From Pseudomonadota bacterium (GTDB lineage Bacteria; Myxococcota; JACRCW01; JAFGSX01): 64,000 nucleotides of DNA. The position numbers and the translations under genes were made by a program. Location of the stretch: positions 32,001 to 96,000 of the forward strand of contig JBDRCO010000068.1 of the NCBI GenBank assembly GCA_043821645.1. The letters run 5' to 3'. Below are positions 42,018 to 51,597 of the stretch, in pieces. Each line of letters opens with the position of its first letter. The stretch's first letter is position 1. The notes beneath the pieces are model-generated. The model was not told the DNA's origin, did no database searches, and saw only the letters and a program-made list of their open reading frames with translations.

Positions 42018-42869
42018 TCAGACCTCCGGACGCCGAGCGCGGCGCTGCCCGCGATAGCGCAAGATCAGGTCGTCGTGCGCACGATACCATTGCAGGGCCT
42101 CTCGGCGACCGGCGAAGCGTCGTTCGGCCTGGCGAAAGACCGCGCCATGAAACTGCACCCTCGACCCCCGTCTCTCGGGCGGGTGCACCTGGTGCAGCAT
42201 CTCGTGAAAGACGATGTACTCGACGAAGACCCGGGGCACGCGCGCCTGGTCCAGCGCCGGATGCACGGTGATGCGGCGAGCGCTGTCGTCGTAGGATCCG
42301 AGCTTGATGGCGCGCCGGCGGCGTCCTCGAGGATGACCTGCCTCGCCGAAGCCTATCTTGGCCTGCACCCTGTCGTCGAAGTAGTCGCGGTTGAGCACCT
42401 GAAGGATCTGCTCGAGATCGTGGTGTTTCCCCTGGGCTCGAACGGCCTCCCGCGCCCGTGGTTCGGCGCTGATCAGGTGGCCATGCTTTTCGATGTATTC
42501 GTCGACCAGGCGCCGTGATCGTCGATCCGGTCGGTCCGCGAAGCGCGCCACCGCGCGTAGCACCACCTCGTCCGCATCCAGGAACATGTGGTGCATGCGC
42601 ACCACCAGAGCGCCCTCACGTCGGGCTCCGGTGAGCATCACGCTTCTGTTGTCGTGCATGATCACGCGCACCGGCTGCTGCAGCAGTTCGGCAAGGCGCT
42701 GCTGGATCTCGCGCCTGCGCGAGCGCGGTGGGGGTTCGGCTGTGGAGCTGTCCGGCGAGGTCAGCGGACCGGAGAGCGCGGGTCGGGGCGCGGACTCCAG
42801 CACCTGCACCTTCAAGCGCGTGGACCGCACCGGCGCAGCGTCGAAGGGGAGGGCGAGCTGGTGACCCAT
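42018..42869 (-). CDS. SprT-like zinc metalloprotease
   Basis: LNRDYF, KLGSY, ITVHPALD, YIVFHEMLH, HGAVF. Confidence 0.85.
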   Translation of the reverse strand: MGHQLALPFDAAPVRSTRLKVQVLESAPRPALSGPLTSPDSSTAEPPPRSRRREIQQRLAELLQQPVRVIMHDNRSVMLTGARREGALVVRMHHMFLDADEVVLRAVARFADRPDRRSRRLVDEYIEKHGHLISAEPRAREAVRAQGKHHDLEQILQVLNRDYFDDRVQAKIGFGEAGHPRGRRRRAIKLGSYDDSARRITVHPALDQARVPRVFVEYIVFHEMLHQVHPPERRGSRVQFHGAVFRQAERRFAGRREALQWYRAHDDLILRYRGQRRARRPEV

Positions 42870-42980
42870 GGCGCGCCAGCATAGCAGAAGCCCGCCGTCC
42901 TGGGTGCGCCTTGACAGCGTTCCGGCCACGTCGCTACAAGCAAGGCGCTGCGAGGCCCACCGGTCTCGCTGTAGAGGATC

Positions 42981-44378
42981 GTGATGATGATTCCCTCGCC
43001 TGTGCTCGCACAGCTCGCCGCGCAGTCACCCGCCCCACTGGTCGCCCCGACCGCGCAGGACCTCGTCGGGCTGCTGGTGATCGGTGGCCTGTCCCTGATC
43101 TTCGTGATCCTGGCCGTGCTGTTCGTGATCAAGTCCCGTCGCAAGCGTATCGCCGAACTCACCGAGGCCCTCGAAGCCAACGAACTCGAAGCGCGCGGGG
43201 ACGCCGGGGCTCCGGCGCTGCCATCGGATTTTGAAGCACCCGCAGCCGTCGTCGAGCCCCCACGCGCAGTGGTCGAGAAGGCCGCCGAGAGATCTGCCGC
43301 CCCGCCGGTGGCCGAGTCGGATCAAGGTCCGGCTGTCGCCGAGCTGCCCGCCCGGGCCCCGGACAGGGTGGAGGCCAAGACTGCTGCTGTCGCTGTCGAG
43401 CCCGAGCCAGAGCAGCCCGCGCTTCCCCCCGAGCATGCCGAGCTCGCTGAGGAGGATGCCAGCCAGCGACGCGCGCGCCTGCGTGTCGGCCTGCACAAGA
43501 CGCGCAGCGGCTTCATCGGTCGCCTGAGCACCCTGTTTGGCGGCAAGCGGGAGCTGGACCCCTCGCTCATCGATGAGCTGGAGCAGATCCTGCTCACCAG
43601 TGACGTCGGAGTGAAGACCGCAGACCACCTGCTTCAGCTTGTCCGTGGCAAGATGGCCAACAAGGAGATCGACGACGCGGCGGCGGTGCGGCAGGTGCTC
43701 AAGCGAGAGATCCGCCACATCCTGCAGCCAGAGGCGCCTGAGGTGGAGCCCGCGGGCCGCAAGCCCCACGTGATCATGGTGATCGGCGTCAATGGCGGAG
43801 GCAAGACCACCACCGTCGGCAAGCTGGCCCATCGCTATGCCCAGCAGGGACTCCGGGTCGTGCTCGGCGCGGGTGACACCTTCCGCGCAGCGGCGGTCGA
43901 CCAGCTCGAGGTCTGGGCGCAGCGCGCCGGGGTGTCCGTCGTCCGCGGCAAGGAAGGCCAGGACCCGTCCAGCGTGCTGTTCGAGGCGGTCAAGAGGGCC
44001 ACCGACGAAGATGCCGATGTGGTCATCGCCGACACCGCGGGCCGGCTGCACACCAAGGTCAACCTGATGGAGGAGCTCAAGAAGGTGGAGCGGGTGCTCG
44101 GCAAGGCTGCTGCCGGAGCGCCCCACGAGGTCCTGCTGGTCCTCGACGCCACCACGGGCCAGAACGCGATCGCCCAGGCGGCGCAGTTCAGTGCGGCCGT
44201 GCCCGTGAACGGTGTGGTGCTCACCAAGCTTGACGGCACCGCAAAGGGTGGGGTCATCGTCGGCATCTGCAAGGAATTCGGCATCCCGGTGAAGTTCATC
44301 GGCATCGGCGAGAAGCTCGAGGACCTGCGACCGTTTGACGCCGAGGACTTCGTCGAGGCCCTGTTCGAGCTGGGCTGA
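42981..44378 (+). CDS. ftsY: SRP receptor FtsY with N-terminal TM helix
   Basis: [47 protein letters not shown]. Confidence 0.97.
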   Translation: MMMIPSPVLAQLAAQSPAPLVAPTAQDLVGLLVIGGLSLIFVILAVLFVIKSRRKRIAELTEALEANELEARGDAGAPALPSDFEAPAAVVEPPRAVVEKAAERSAAPPVAESDQGPAVAELPARAPDRVEAKTAAVAVEPEPEQPALPPEHAELAEEDASQRRARLRVGLHKTRSGFIGRLSTLFGGKRELDPSLIDELEQILLTSDVGVKTADHLLQLVRGKMANKEIDDAAAVRQVLKREIRHILQPEAPEVEPAGRKPHVIMVIGVNGGGKTTTVGKLAHRYAQQGLRVVLGAGDTFRAAAVDQLEVWAQRAGVSVVRGKEGQDPSSVLFEAVKRATDEDADVVIADTAGRLHTKVNLMEELKKVERVLGKAAAGAPHEVLLVLDATTGQNAIAQAAQFSAAVPVNGVVLTKLDGTAKGGVIVGICKEFGIPVKFIGIGEKLEDLRPFDAEDFVEALFELG

Positions 44379-44409
44379 GGACCCTCGCGCGCGTCGCGGG
44401 ATCAACGCA

Positions 44410-45429
44410 TCAGGGTGTGGTCGGTGCCGGCGTGCTGCCGTGGGCGGCCGTGCCTGACGCGGTCATCCCGAGACCCTGCGCGGGCTGCGTGGTGCTGACC
44501 GGACTGGCCTTGGACCCCGGGATCTCGGCGTCGGGAGCGACGCTACGAATCAGCTCAACGAACTCGGGGTCGCCTCGAATGTTTTGAAAATCCGGATCCT
44601 CGAGAATCTGACCCACGTCGTTCTTGCTGATGTAGTTGTTGAGCAAGGCGATGCGAAGGTACTTGAGCGCCAGCTCGCGCTTGTTCTCGAGCGAGTAGAT
44701 GCACGCCATGTTGTAAAACGAGTCCCCGAAGTCCGGATTGGTCTCGAGGGCCTTTTTGTACCAGAGCAGGGCGTCGGTGTACTTCTGGCGGGCCCAGAAC
44801 GTGACGCCAACGCCGTTGAAGGGCTCGGCGCGCGAGGGATCGACCTCGCTGGCCCGGATGAACTTGGCACGCGCATCCTCGACAGTGCCGCGGGCCAGAA
44901 GCTCAAAGCCCTCCCGCAGCAAGTCGTCCACGCCCTTGCCGGCGTCCGGATCCACGGGAACCTGGGCACCTGGCTGCACCCACTCGGACTCGGTCTGCTT
45001 CGGATCCGGTCGCGGCTTGGGCTTGGGCTTGACATAGGCGTTGCGTGAGATGCGCAGACCGCGCTTGGTGCCCATGCCAGGCACCTGGCACTTGGGATCC
45101 GGCAGGTGCAGCGCTCCGGTGAGCAGGCTCCCCTTCTTGGACACCAGCAGGATGACGAAAGCTTTGGTCGTGGGCGCGCAGCCCTCACCGACCTGGCACA
45201 CCGTGAGCTCGCCGGTGAGGTTGTCCTCGAGCATCACGCCCGTGAGCACGTTCTGGGACTTCTTGAGGGCGCAGCCCTTGGTCGGCTTGACCAGGGTCGC
45301 ATGGACCTCCGCTCCCTTCTGCTTGAGCTTGAGGGTGCCCAGGGAAGACCTGTAGGTCCCCTGTATGCCGGCCAACGCCGAGCTGGGCACCAGCACACAC
45401 ATCGTCAGGAAGATCAGTCCCCGCTGCAT
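44410..45429 (-). CDS. Secreted TPR-containing protein
   Basis: Signal peptide, Cys-containing beta domain, TPRs, YNMACIYS..DPDFQNIRGDPEF. Confidence 0.85.
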   Translation of the reverse strand: MQRGLIFLTMCVLVPSSALAGIQGTYRSSLGTLKLKQKGAEVHATLVKPTKGCALKKSQNVLTGVMLEDNLTGELTVCQVGEGCAPTTKAFVILLVSKKGSLLTGALHLPDPKCQVPGMGTKRGLRISRNAYVKPKPKPRPDPKQTESEWVQPGAQVPVDPDAGKGVDDLLREGFELLARGTVEDARAKFIRASEVDPSRAEPFNGVGVTFWARQKYTDALLWYKKALETNPDFGDSFYNMACIYSLENKRELALKYLRIALLNNYISKNDVGQILEDPDFQNIRGDPEFVELIRSVAPDAEIPGSKASPVSTTQPAQGLGMTASGTAAHGSTPAPTTP

Positions 45430-45659
45430 ATCTCCTCCGGCGGTCTTGCAGTTGGACGCCTGTGCCAGGGCTGGATTCTAGACCCGTTTGCTGCGGAATA
45501 GATCGGGTTGTGTGACGCACCGGGGTCAGGTTCGTTTCACAGGCTTCGACGGACCCTGGAAAGTCCCCTGCCAGGGTAAACACGAGAGCTTGCTCGGGCG
45601 CGGAGGCCCACACCACGAAAGCCCGCCGCTCAAAAGTGGGGCGCAGACCGCCGACGCCC

Positions 45660-45689
45660 TTGACAAGCCAGCGATGCCATCTTTAAGAT
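45660..45689 (+). promoter_or_regulatory. sigma70 promoter of zapA
   Basis: TTGACA-N18-TAAGAT. Confidence 0.6.
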
Positions 45690-45725
45690 GCCGCATCAAA
45701 AACTGCCTGGAATCATGGAGAAATC

Positions 45726-46061
45726 GTGACAAAGCCGCAGGTCCACAGGCAGGTTGAACTGAACCTGGGTGGCCAGACCATCCGGCTGCGCAGCGATGCG
45801 GATGAGGCCTACCTGGGGCGGCTGGCCAGCTACGTCGACCGGAAGATCACCACCATCTCTCGACAGACCCGTACGGTCACCTCGCAGCGCGCGGCGCTGC
45901 TGGCAGCTCTCGACATCGCCGATGAGTTCTTCCGCTCTCGCGAGCGCGCCCAGGGCTTTCGCAATGAGGTGCGCGAGCGGTCGAGCCGGTTGCTCAACCT
46001 GCTGGAGAGCCAGGCTTCGAGTGCCGAGGAAAGCCCCGCTGCTGTGGGCACGCATACCTGA
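45726..46061 (+). CDS. zapA: Cell division protein ZapA
   Basis: LGGQTIRLRSDADEAYLGRLASYVDRK..ALLAALDIADE; lies upstream of 6S RNA and rny. Confidence 0.9.
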   Translation: MTKPQVHRQVELNLGGQTIRLRSDADEAYLGRLASYVDRKITTISRQTRTVTSQRAALLAALDIADEFFRSRERAQGFRNEVRERSSRLLNLLESQASSAEESPAAVGTHT

Positions 46062-46176
46062 GGTACACAGTGCTCTGCCGCTGAGCCGGCTGTGACACAG
46101 GCCCCGGACAGCGCATGTAAAAGTGGATGACAGGCGGCTCACGCCGCGACGCACATGAAGGAGGATCACCACGGAG

Positions 46177-46392
46177 TTTCCCCTGCGCTGTACGTGTTGA
46201 GTGACTACGCTCTGAACCTAGCTAGTCCACAGGGGGCCGGACAGCGCGCCCATGTGCATCCCTCCTCGGCGGTGAGCGCGGTGCGCTCGTACAGCCGTCG
46301 ACGCTGGGAAGCCTCAAAGCGCGGCAAAGGCTCCCACCTGTCGAGAGACAGGTTCGAGACAGCGCCCACACGGCAGAGGCGGGGGATTTTTT
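46177..46392 (+). ncRNA. ssrS: 6S RNA
   Basis: Closing stem UCCCCUGC/GCGGGGGA; CUCUGAACCU/AGGUUCGAG; central bubble; GGGGGCC/GGCUCCC; GGGAAGCCU and CCCACCU motifs; 3' U-run; zapA-rny synteny. Confidence 0.88.
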
Positions 46393-46814
46393 TGGGAGTA
46401 CGAAAGGTTCTGGAACGAGCACGCTGTCGACGGTGACGACCTTCGAGTCGACCACGACAGCACTGGGGGCGTGCAAGACGCCCCACGGAATGAAAAGGCA
46501 TGCGTGCTCGCGCTCGTACGGCGCGAGATGAGAGGAATCGGAGCACGAGCGCCGCGTGGCGACCGGGCCCGGACGAGGAGACGGCGACAGGCGACCGCTG
46601 CGGGCAACCGCCACTCGCCAAGTCGTCACCCCGCAGGTTCCTGTGGTACGCGGATCGCTCAACGACGCCCGTTCTCGGGCAGGCGTCGGAATTGCTCCGA
46701 GTGCGCGCGGCTCCCGCGCGTCGATGCTTCCTCAGGACACGATGCCGATTGGCGACGTCGGGCGTGGTGTGCTCGCCGGGTGAGAGCGGGCCCGCGACCC
46801 GTGGAGATAGAGTG

Positions 46815-48389
46815 ATGGACATCGTCATCCCCATCGTTGCGGCGGCTGTGGCAGCAGGCGTGGCCCTGTTTGCCGGACTGTCGCTCGGAAAGACCCAGGA
46901 GCGCCGCGCCATCGAGGCCCGTACCGGCAACCTCGAGGAGCAGGCTCGCCGCGTGAAGGAGGACGCGGATCGCGAGAGCAAGGCCAAGCTCAAGCAAGCA
47001 GAGATCGACGCCCAGGAGCTGATCATCAAGGCCCGGGCCACCGCGGACAAGAACGCCGAGAAGCACAAGGCCGAAACCACCGAGACCGAGCGCCGGCTGC
47101 ACATGCGCGAGGAAGCGCTGGACAAGCGCATGGATCAGATCGACCGCCGCGAGGAGAGCACGCGCAAGGTCGAGGAGCAGGTGCAGGGCAAGCTGCGCGA
47201 TGCCGAGCAGCGCAGCAAGCAGGTCGAGGAGCTCATCGCCCAGACCCGGGTCAAGCTCGAGGAAGTGGCCGGCCTGAGTCAGGAAGAGGCCAAGAATCGC
47301 CTCATCGCCGAGGTCGAGGAGGAGGCCAAGCTCGGCGCGGCCAAGAAGATCCGGGTGATCGAGGAGCAGGCCGAGGAAGAGGCCGAGAAGCGCGCCAAGC
47401 GCATCATGGGCATCGCCATCCAGCGCTATGCCGGCGAGTACATCTGCGAACGCGCCATCAGCGTGGTCGACCTGCCCAACGACGAGATGAAGGGGCGCAT
47501 CATCGGTCGTGAGGGCCGCAACATCCGCGCCATCGAGGCCGCCGCCGGCGTCGACATCATCATCGACGACACCCCCGAGAGCGTGGTGGTCAGCGCCTTT
47601 GATCCGGTGCGGCGCGAGGTGGCTCGCCTGACCCTGGAGGCCCTGATCGCGGATGGCCGCATCCACCCCGCTCGCATCGAGGAGGTGGTGGAGAAGACCC
47701 GCAAGGAGGTCGAGCAGAAGATCAAGGATGCCGGTGAGCAGGCCATGATCGAGCTCGGCATCCACGGTGTACACCCCGAGATCGTGCGCCTCGTGGGTCG
47801 CCTTCGCTACCGCACCAGTTACACCCAGAACCAGTGGCAACACGCCATCGAGGCGGGTTTCCTGGCCGGTGCCATGGCCAGCGAGCTGGGGCTCAACGTC
47901 AAGGTGGCACGGCGCGCGGGTCTGCTGCACGACATCGGCAAGGCGATGACCCACGAGGTCGACGGATCGCATGCCGTCATCGGCGCCGAGTTCGCGCGCA
48001 AGCACGGCGAGTCCAAGGAAGTGGTGCATGCCATCATGGCCCACCACAATGATGAGGAGCCGCAGACCCTGCTGGCCAACATCGTCATCGCAGCCGACGC
48101 CATCAGCGGCGCCCGCCCAGGTGCACGCCGCGAGCGTCTGGATTCCTACATCAAGCGTCTCGAGGACCTCGAAAAGATCGCCGCCGAGTTCAAGGGCGTG
48201 GATCGAGCCTTCGCGGTGCAGGCTGGCCGCGAGCTGCGCGTCATGGTCGAGAGCAGCCATGTCAGTGACGATGGCATCGTGATCATGTCGCAGGACATCG
48301 CGCGTAAGATCGAGAACGACATGACGTACCCGGGCCAGATCCGGGTGGTGGTGATTCGCGAGACGCGTGCGGCCGAGTACGCCAAGTAG
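46815..48389 (+). CDS. rny: Ribonuclease Y
   Basis: N-terminal TM, coiled coil, KH (MKGRIIGREGRNIR), HD (LLHDIGK), ADAISGARPGAR. Confidence 0.97.
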   Translation: MDIVIPIVAAAVAAGVALFAGLSLGKTQERRAIEARTGNLEEQARRVKEDADRESKAKLKQAEIDAQELIIKARATADKNAEKHKAETTETERRLHMREEALDKRMDQIDRREESTRKVEEQVQGKLRDAEQRSKQVEELIAQTRVKLEEVAGLSQEEAKNRLIAEVEEEAKLGAAKKIRVIEEQAEEEAEKRAKRIMGIAIQRYAGEYICERAISVVDLPNDEMKGRIIGREGRNIRAIEAAAGVDIIIDDTPESVVVSAFDPVRREVARLTLEALIADGRIHPARIEEVVEKTRKEVEQKIKDAGEQAMIELGIHGVHPEIVRLVGRLRYRTSYTQNQWQHAIEAGFLAGAMASELGLNVKVARRAGLLHDIGKAMTHEVDGSHAVIGAEFARKHGESKEVVHAIMAHHNDEEPQTLLANIVIAADAISGARPGARRERLDSYIKRLEDLEKIAAEFKGVDRAFAVQAGRELRVMVESSHVSDDGIVIMSQDIARKIENDMTYPGQIRVVVIRETRAAEYAK

Positions 48390-48510
48390 ATCGTCGACAC
48401 CTCGTGGCATCCCCCGAAGCACAGCTCGTCCGCGGGTCCTGAGTGGACCCACTTGCCTTTGTCCCCGCACCTTCTATGCTCCGGCACGCGCAGTTCTCAC
48501 GGGAGGTCCC

Positions 48511-49608
48511 ATGTCTTCAAGAAATTTGAAGATCGCCATCTCCACCGGCGGTGGCGACGCACCGGGGCTCAACGCCGTGATCCGGGCTGCCGTGCTGGCG
48601 GCGGATCAGCGCGGCTGGGACGTGTTCGGCATCCGCAATGGCTACGAGGGCCTGCTCGATACCGACCAGATCGTGCAGCTCACGCCGGAGCTGGTGGCAG
48701 GGATACACCAGCAGGGTGGCACCATCATCGGCACCACCAACCGCGGCAATCCCTTCGAGTACCCGGTCAAGAACATCGCCGGTGACGTCGAGGTGCGGGA
48801 CCTGTCAGCGCGGGTCGTCGAGAACTTCAAGCGCCTGCGGTTCCACTGCCTGATCTCGGTGGGGGGTGACGGGTCCCTGGGCATCGCGCACCGCTTTGCC
48901 GAGCTCGGCATCCATGTCATCGGCGTGCCCAAGACCATCGACAACGACCTGTCGAGCACGGTGGTGACCTTTGGCCTGGACACGGCCTGCGCCATGGCCA
49001 CCGAGGCCCTGGATAGACTCGTGACCACGGCGATGAGCCACGAGCGTGTGTTCGTGGTCGAGATGATGGGTCGCTATGCGGGCTGGATCGCACTCGAGAG
49101 CGGCATCGCAGGTGGCGCCGACGCCATCTTGATCCCCGAGATCCCCTTCGACATCGAGAAGGTCGCGGCCAAGATCATGGACCTCGAGGTGCGAGGCAAG
49201 CACCACGCCATCGTCGTCGTGGCCGAGGGCGCGACGCCTGCGGGCGGCAGCATGGCGGTCAAGGAAGGGGCCAGCGACGGCCGCCAGGAAGTGGTGCTCG
49301 GTGGCATCGCCGAGCAGGTGGCCAGGGAGCTGCACCGCCTCACGGGCAAGGACACGCGCTCTTTGGTGCTCGGTCACCTGCAGCGCGGTGGTTCGCCCAC
49401 GCGCTTCGACCGCCTCCTCGGTACGCGCTTTGGCGCGGCGGCGGTGCGCTTCATCGAGCAGGGCCTGTTCGATCACATGGTGGCGCTGGACCCTCCGACG
49501 GTGAAGGCCGTGCCCCTCGCCGAGGCGGTGTCGCGGATGAAGTGCGTGCCGCTCGATGGCGACATCGTGCAGACAGCCCGAGACCTGGATATTTGCCTGG
49601 GGGATTGA
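48511..49608 (+). CDS. pfkA: 6-phosphofructokinase (ATP-type GGDG)
   Basis: TGGGDAPGLN, GGTIIGT, GGDGS, PKTIDND, EMMGRYAGW, LGHLQRGG. Confidence 0.95.
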   Translation: MSSRNLKIAISTGGGDAPGLNAVIRAAVLAADQRGWDVFGIRNGYEGLLDTDQIVQLTPELVAGIHQQGGTIIGTTNRGNPFEYPVKNIAGDVEVRDLSARVVENFKRLRFHCLISVGGDGSLGIAHRFAELGIHVIGVPKTIDNDLSSTVVTFGLDTACAMATEALDRLVTTAMSHERVFVVEMMGRYAGWIALESGIAGGADAILIPEIPFDIEKVAAKIMDLEVRGKHHAIVVVAEGATPAGGSMAVKEGASDGRQEVVLGGIAEQVARELHRLTGKDTRSLVLGHLQRGGSPTRFDRLLGTRFGAAAVRFIEQGLFDHMVALDPPTVKAVPLAEAVSRMKCVPLDGDIVQTARDLDICLGD

Positions 49609-49721
49609 CCTGGCAGCCTTGTGGGGCGCCAGTTCTCGCCGGCGCCTGCCGCTCCGTGCATCCTGGGGTCGTCTTTTAGGGATGGCCGCACACCGCCTCG
49701 AGGTGTCACCACGCTTCCGGG

Positions 49722-50315
49722 TCAGCCCGGCCCCACGAGGTCCTTCCACAGCGTCGCCACCTGCTTTCGCGTGTCCTCGAGCGAGCCGCGGTTGTCGATG
49801 ATGTGGTCCGCGCGTGCGCGCTTGTCGACCCGGCTCATCTGGCTGGAGATGCGAGCCAGGGCCTCGCTGCCGTCGCGATCGATCACGCGCTGGCGCTGGG
49901 TTTTCTCGTCGACGTCAACCAGGATGACGGGTTTGAGCCAGGTCTCGAGTCCACGCTCGAACAGCAGTGGTGCCACGTAAACCACCAGCGGGGTCGTGCC
50001 TGCGAGGGCGCGCTCGATGCGCTGTCGCGACAGCTCGGCGATGCGAGGATGGGTGATGGCCTCGAGGTCCGCGCGCGCCACGGGATCCTGGAACACGATG
50101 CGCGCCAGGTGCTTGCGATCCAGTCGCTGCTGCGGGTTGAGAATGGACGGACCGAAGCGCGCCACCAGCACCAGCAGGGCAGGGCTCCCGGCAGAGGTGA
50201 CCTCCCGGGCCAGGTCGTCGGCGTCGATGATCGTGGCGCCTCGCTCAGCGAGCATGCGCGCGACCGCGCTCTTGCCCGAGCCTATGCCTCCGGTGAGTCC
50301 TGCGATGCGCGGCAT
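49722..50315 (-). CDS. coaE: Dephospho-CoA kinase
   Basis: GLTGGIGSGKS, IDADDLAREV, LEAITHP, PLLFE, IIDNRG. Confidence 0.96.
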   Translation of the reverse strand: MPRIAGLTGGIGSGKSAVARMLAERGATIIDADDLAREVTSAGSPALLVLVARFGPSILNPQQRLDRKHLARIVFQDPVARADLEAITHPRIAELSRQRIERALAGTTPLVVYVAPLLFERGLETWLKPVILVDVDEKTQRQRVIDRDGSEALARISSQMSRVDKRARADHIIDNRGSLEDTRKQVATLWKDLVGPG

Positions 50316-50353
50316 GGATCAGGTGTGGAGTGGAGCAGGCACGCGTGCTGGCC

Positions 50354-50818
50354 TCACGGCTTGCCGCTGTCGCCGCCCTTTTCGACAGTGAAGAGCAAAG
50401 AATGGACGGTCTTGCCGTCCTTGTCCCAGAACACCGCCATGCCCTGGTCCTTGTAGAAGTAGTACTCGCGGAACTCGTCGGTCAGCTTCTTCTGGTACTT
50501 GCTGCCGTAGGCCTCCTCGACCAGTTCGCGGGTCAGGCTGCGGTCGGGAAACACCGAGATCTCGAGCACCACACCGGCACTATCGAAGCAGACGTTGGTC
50601 TGCTTGGTGCCGCGGATGGCTTGCTCACCCTGGTAATTGTGCAGCTCGTTGCACTTGCCCGCCTTGGACAGTGTGCGGTGGGGCTTGCCGAAGGCCTTGG
50701 CGACCTCGGGCTTGGTGGACTTGCCCGGGGTGATGCCTTGCCAGGGTCGGGCCTGTGCCCGGGCCGACAGAAGCATGGCCACGCCGAGAAATGCTGCGAG
50801 AAGCGAGGTCCGTTTCAT
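50354..50818 (-). CDS. Hypothetical secreted protein
   Basis: MKRTSLLAAFLGVAMLLSARAQA signal; WQGITPGKST..V..AFGKP. Confidence 0.8.
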   Translation of the reverse strand: MKRTSLLAAFLGVAMLLSARAQARPWQGITPGKSTKPEVAKAFGKPHRTLSKAGKCNELHNYQGEQAIRGTKQTNVCFDSAGVVLEISVFPDRSLTRELVEEAYGSKYQKKLTDEFREYYFYKDQGMAVFWDKDGKTVHSLLFTVEKGGDSGKP

Positions 50819-50994
50819 GTTGTCACCATACCCAAGCCTTGACTCTTCGGTCAAACCTCGGACTTTTGACACGGCCGTCCTGGCTCCCCTGGGACGCGAC
50901 GCAGAAGACAGCTATTCAAGGACGACCAATCGCCTGCCCACCGAGCGCCACAGGGGCTTTGTCGACGGGGGGCGGCTGTGCTATGACCCCAGCC

Positions 50995-51498
50995 ATGCCA
51001 ATGCGCCACTCATCGCAGGGATCGCGGCCACGCCGGCGTGGGCTGCTTGTGATCCTGGCCTTCGCGCTCGCGGCCGCCGGCCTCACCGCGCGGGCGGACG
51101 AGGATTCCCACATCAGCGATTCCCGTTACGTGGGCGCCGCCTCCTGTGGCCGCTGTCACCCCAAGGCCTATCAGGCGTGGCAGCGCTCGGCGCACGCGCG
51201 TGCTCTCGAGGCACTGGATACCCGGGAGCGCCAGGATCCGAAGTGCCGGCAGTGCCATACCATGGTGCCCGAGGAGTCGAACCCGGAGCTCGGCGGCGTG
51301 CAGTGCGAGACCTGCCACGGCCAGGGTCGCTACTACAACCCCGAGCATGTGATGCGGGACCGCGAGCTGCGTGACGCCCTTGGCTTCGAGGCGGCCGGTC
51401 CAGAAACCTGCACGCGCTGCCACACCGACAATGCGCCCAGCGTCACGCCCTTCGTTTACGAGCACAAGATCGCACGCATACGCCACGACGAGAAATGA
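50995..51498 (+). CDS. Tetraheme cytochrome c (c554 family)
   Basis: Four CxxCH motifs (CGRCH, CRQCH, CETCH, CTRCH); YVGA..C..CH...Y..W..SAHA; signal peptide. Start is approximate. Confidence 0.9.
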   Translation: MPMRHSSQGSRPRRRGLLVILAFALAAAGLTARADEDSHISDSRYVGAASCGRCHPKAYQAWQRSAHARALEALDTRERQDPKCRQCHTMVPEESNPELGGVQCETCHGQGRYYNPEHVMRDRELRDALGFEAAGPETCTRCHTDNAPSVTPFVYEHKIARIRHDEK

Positions 51499-51597
51499 CT
51501 CGCTCCCGGGGAGACGCCCGCCACGTGGTGCGAGGTGTCCGGCGGAGCACGCAGGTGCCAGGCCCCGGGACAGCGGGGAGAGAGATGAGGTTGGAGC

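Noticed and set aside
45490-45660. Hairpins between the divergent TPR gene and zapA (CCCTGG/CCAGGG etc.) as a riboswitch
   Set aside because: Short stems are expected at this GC content, no known aptamer consensus is recognisable, and the region lies upstream of both apparent promoters.
46393-46812. RNase P RNA, tmRNA or SRP RNA
   Set aside because: Lacks the GAGGAAAGTCC core, the tRNA-like ends with CCA and the SRP GGAAGGAAGCAGC motif.
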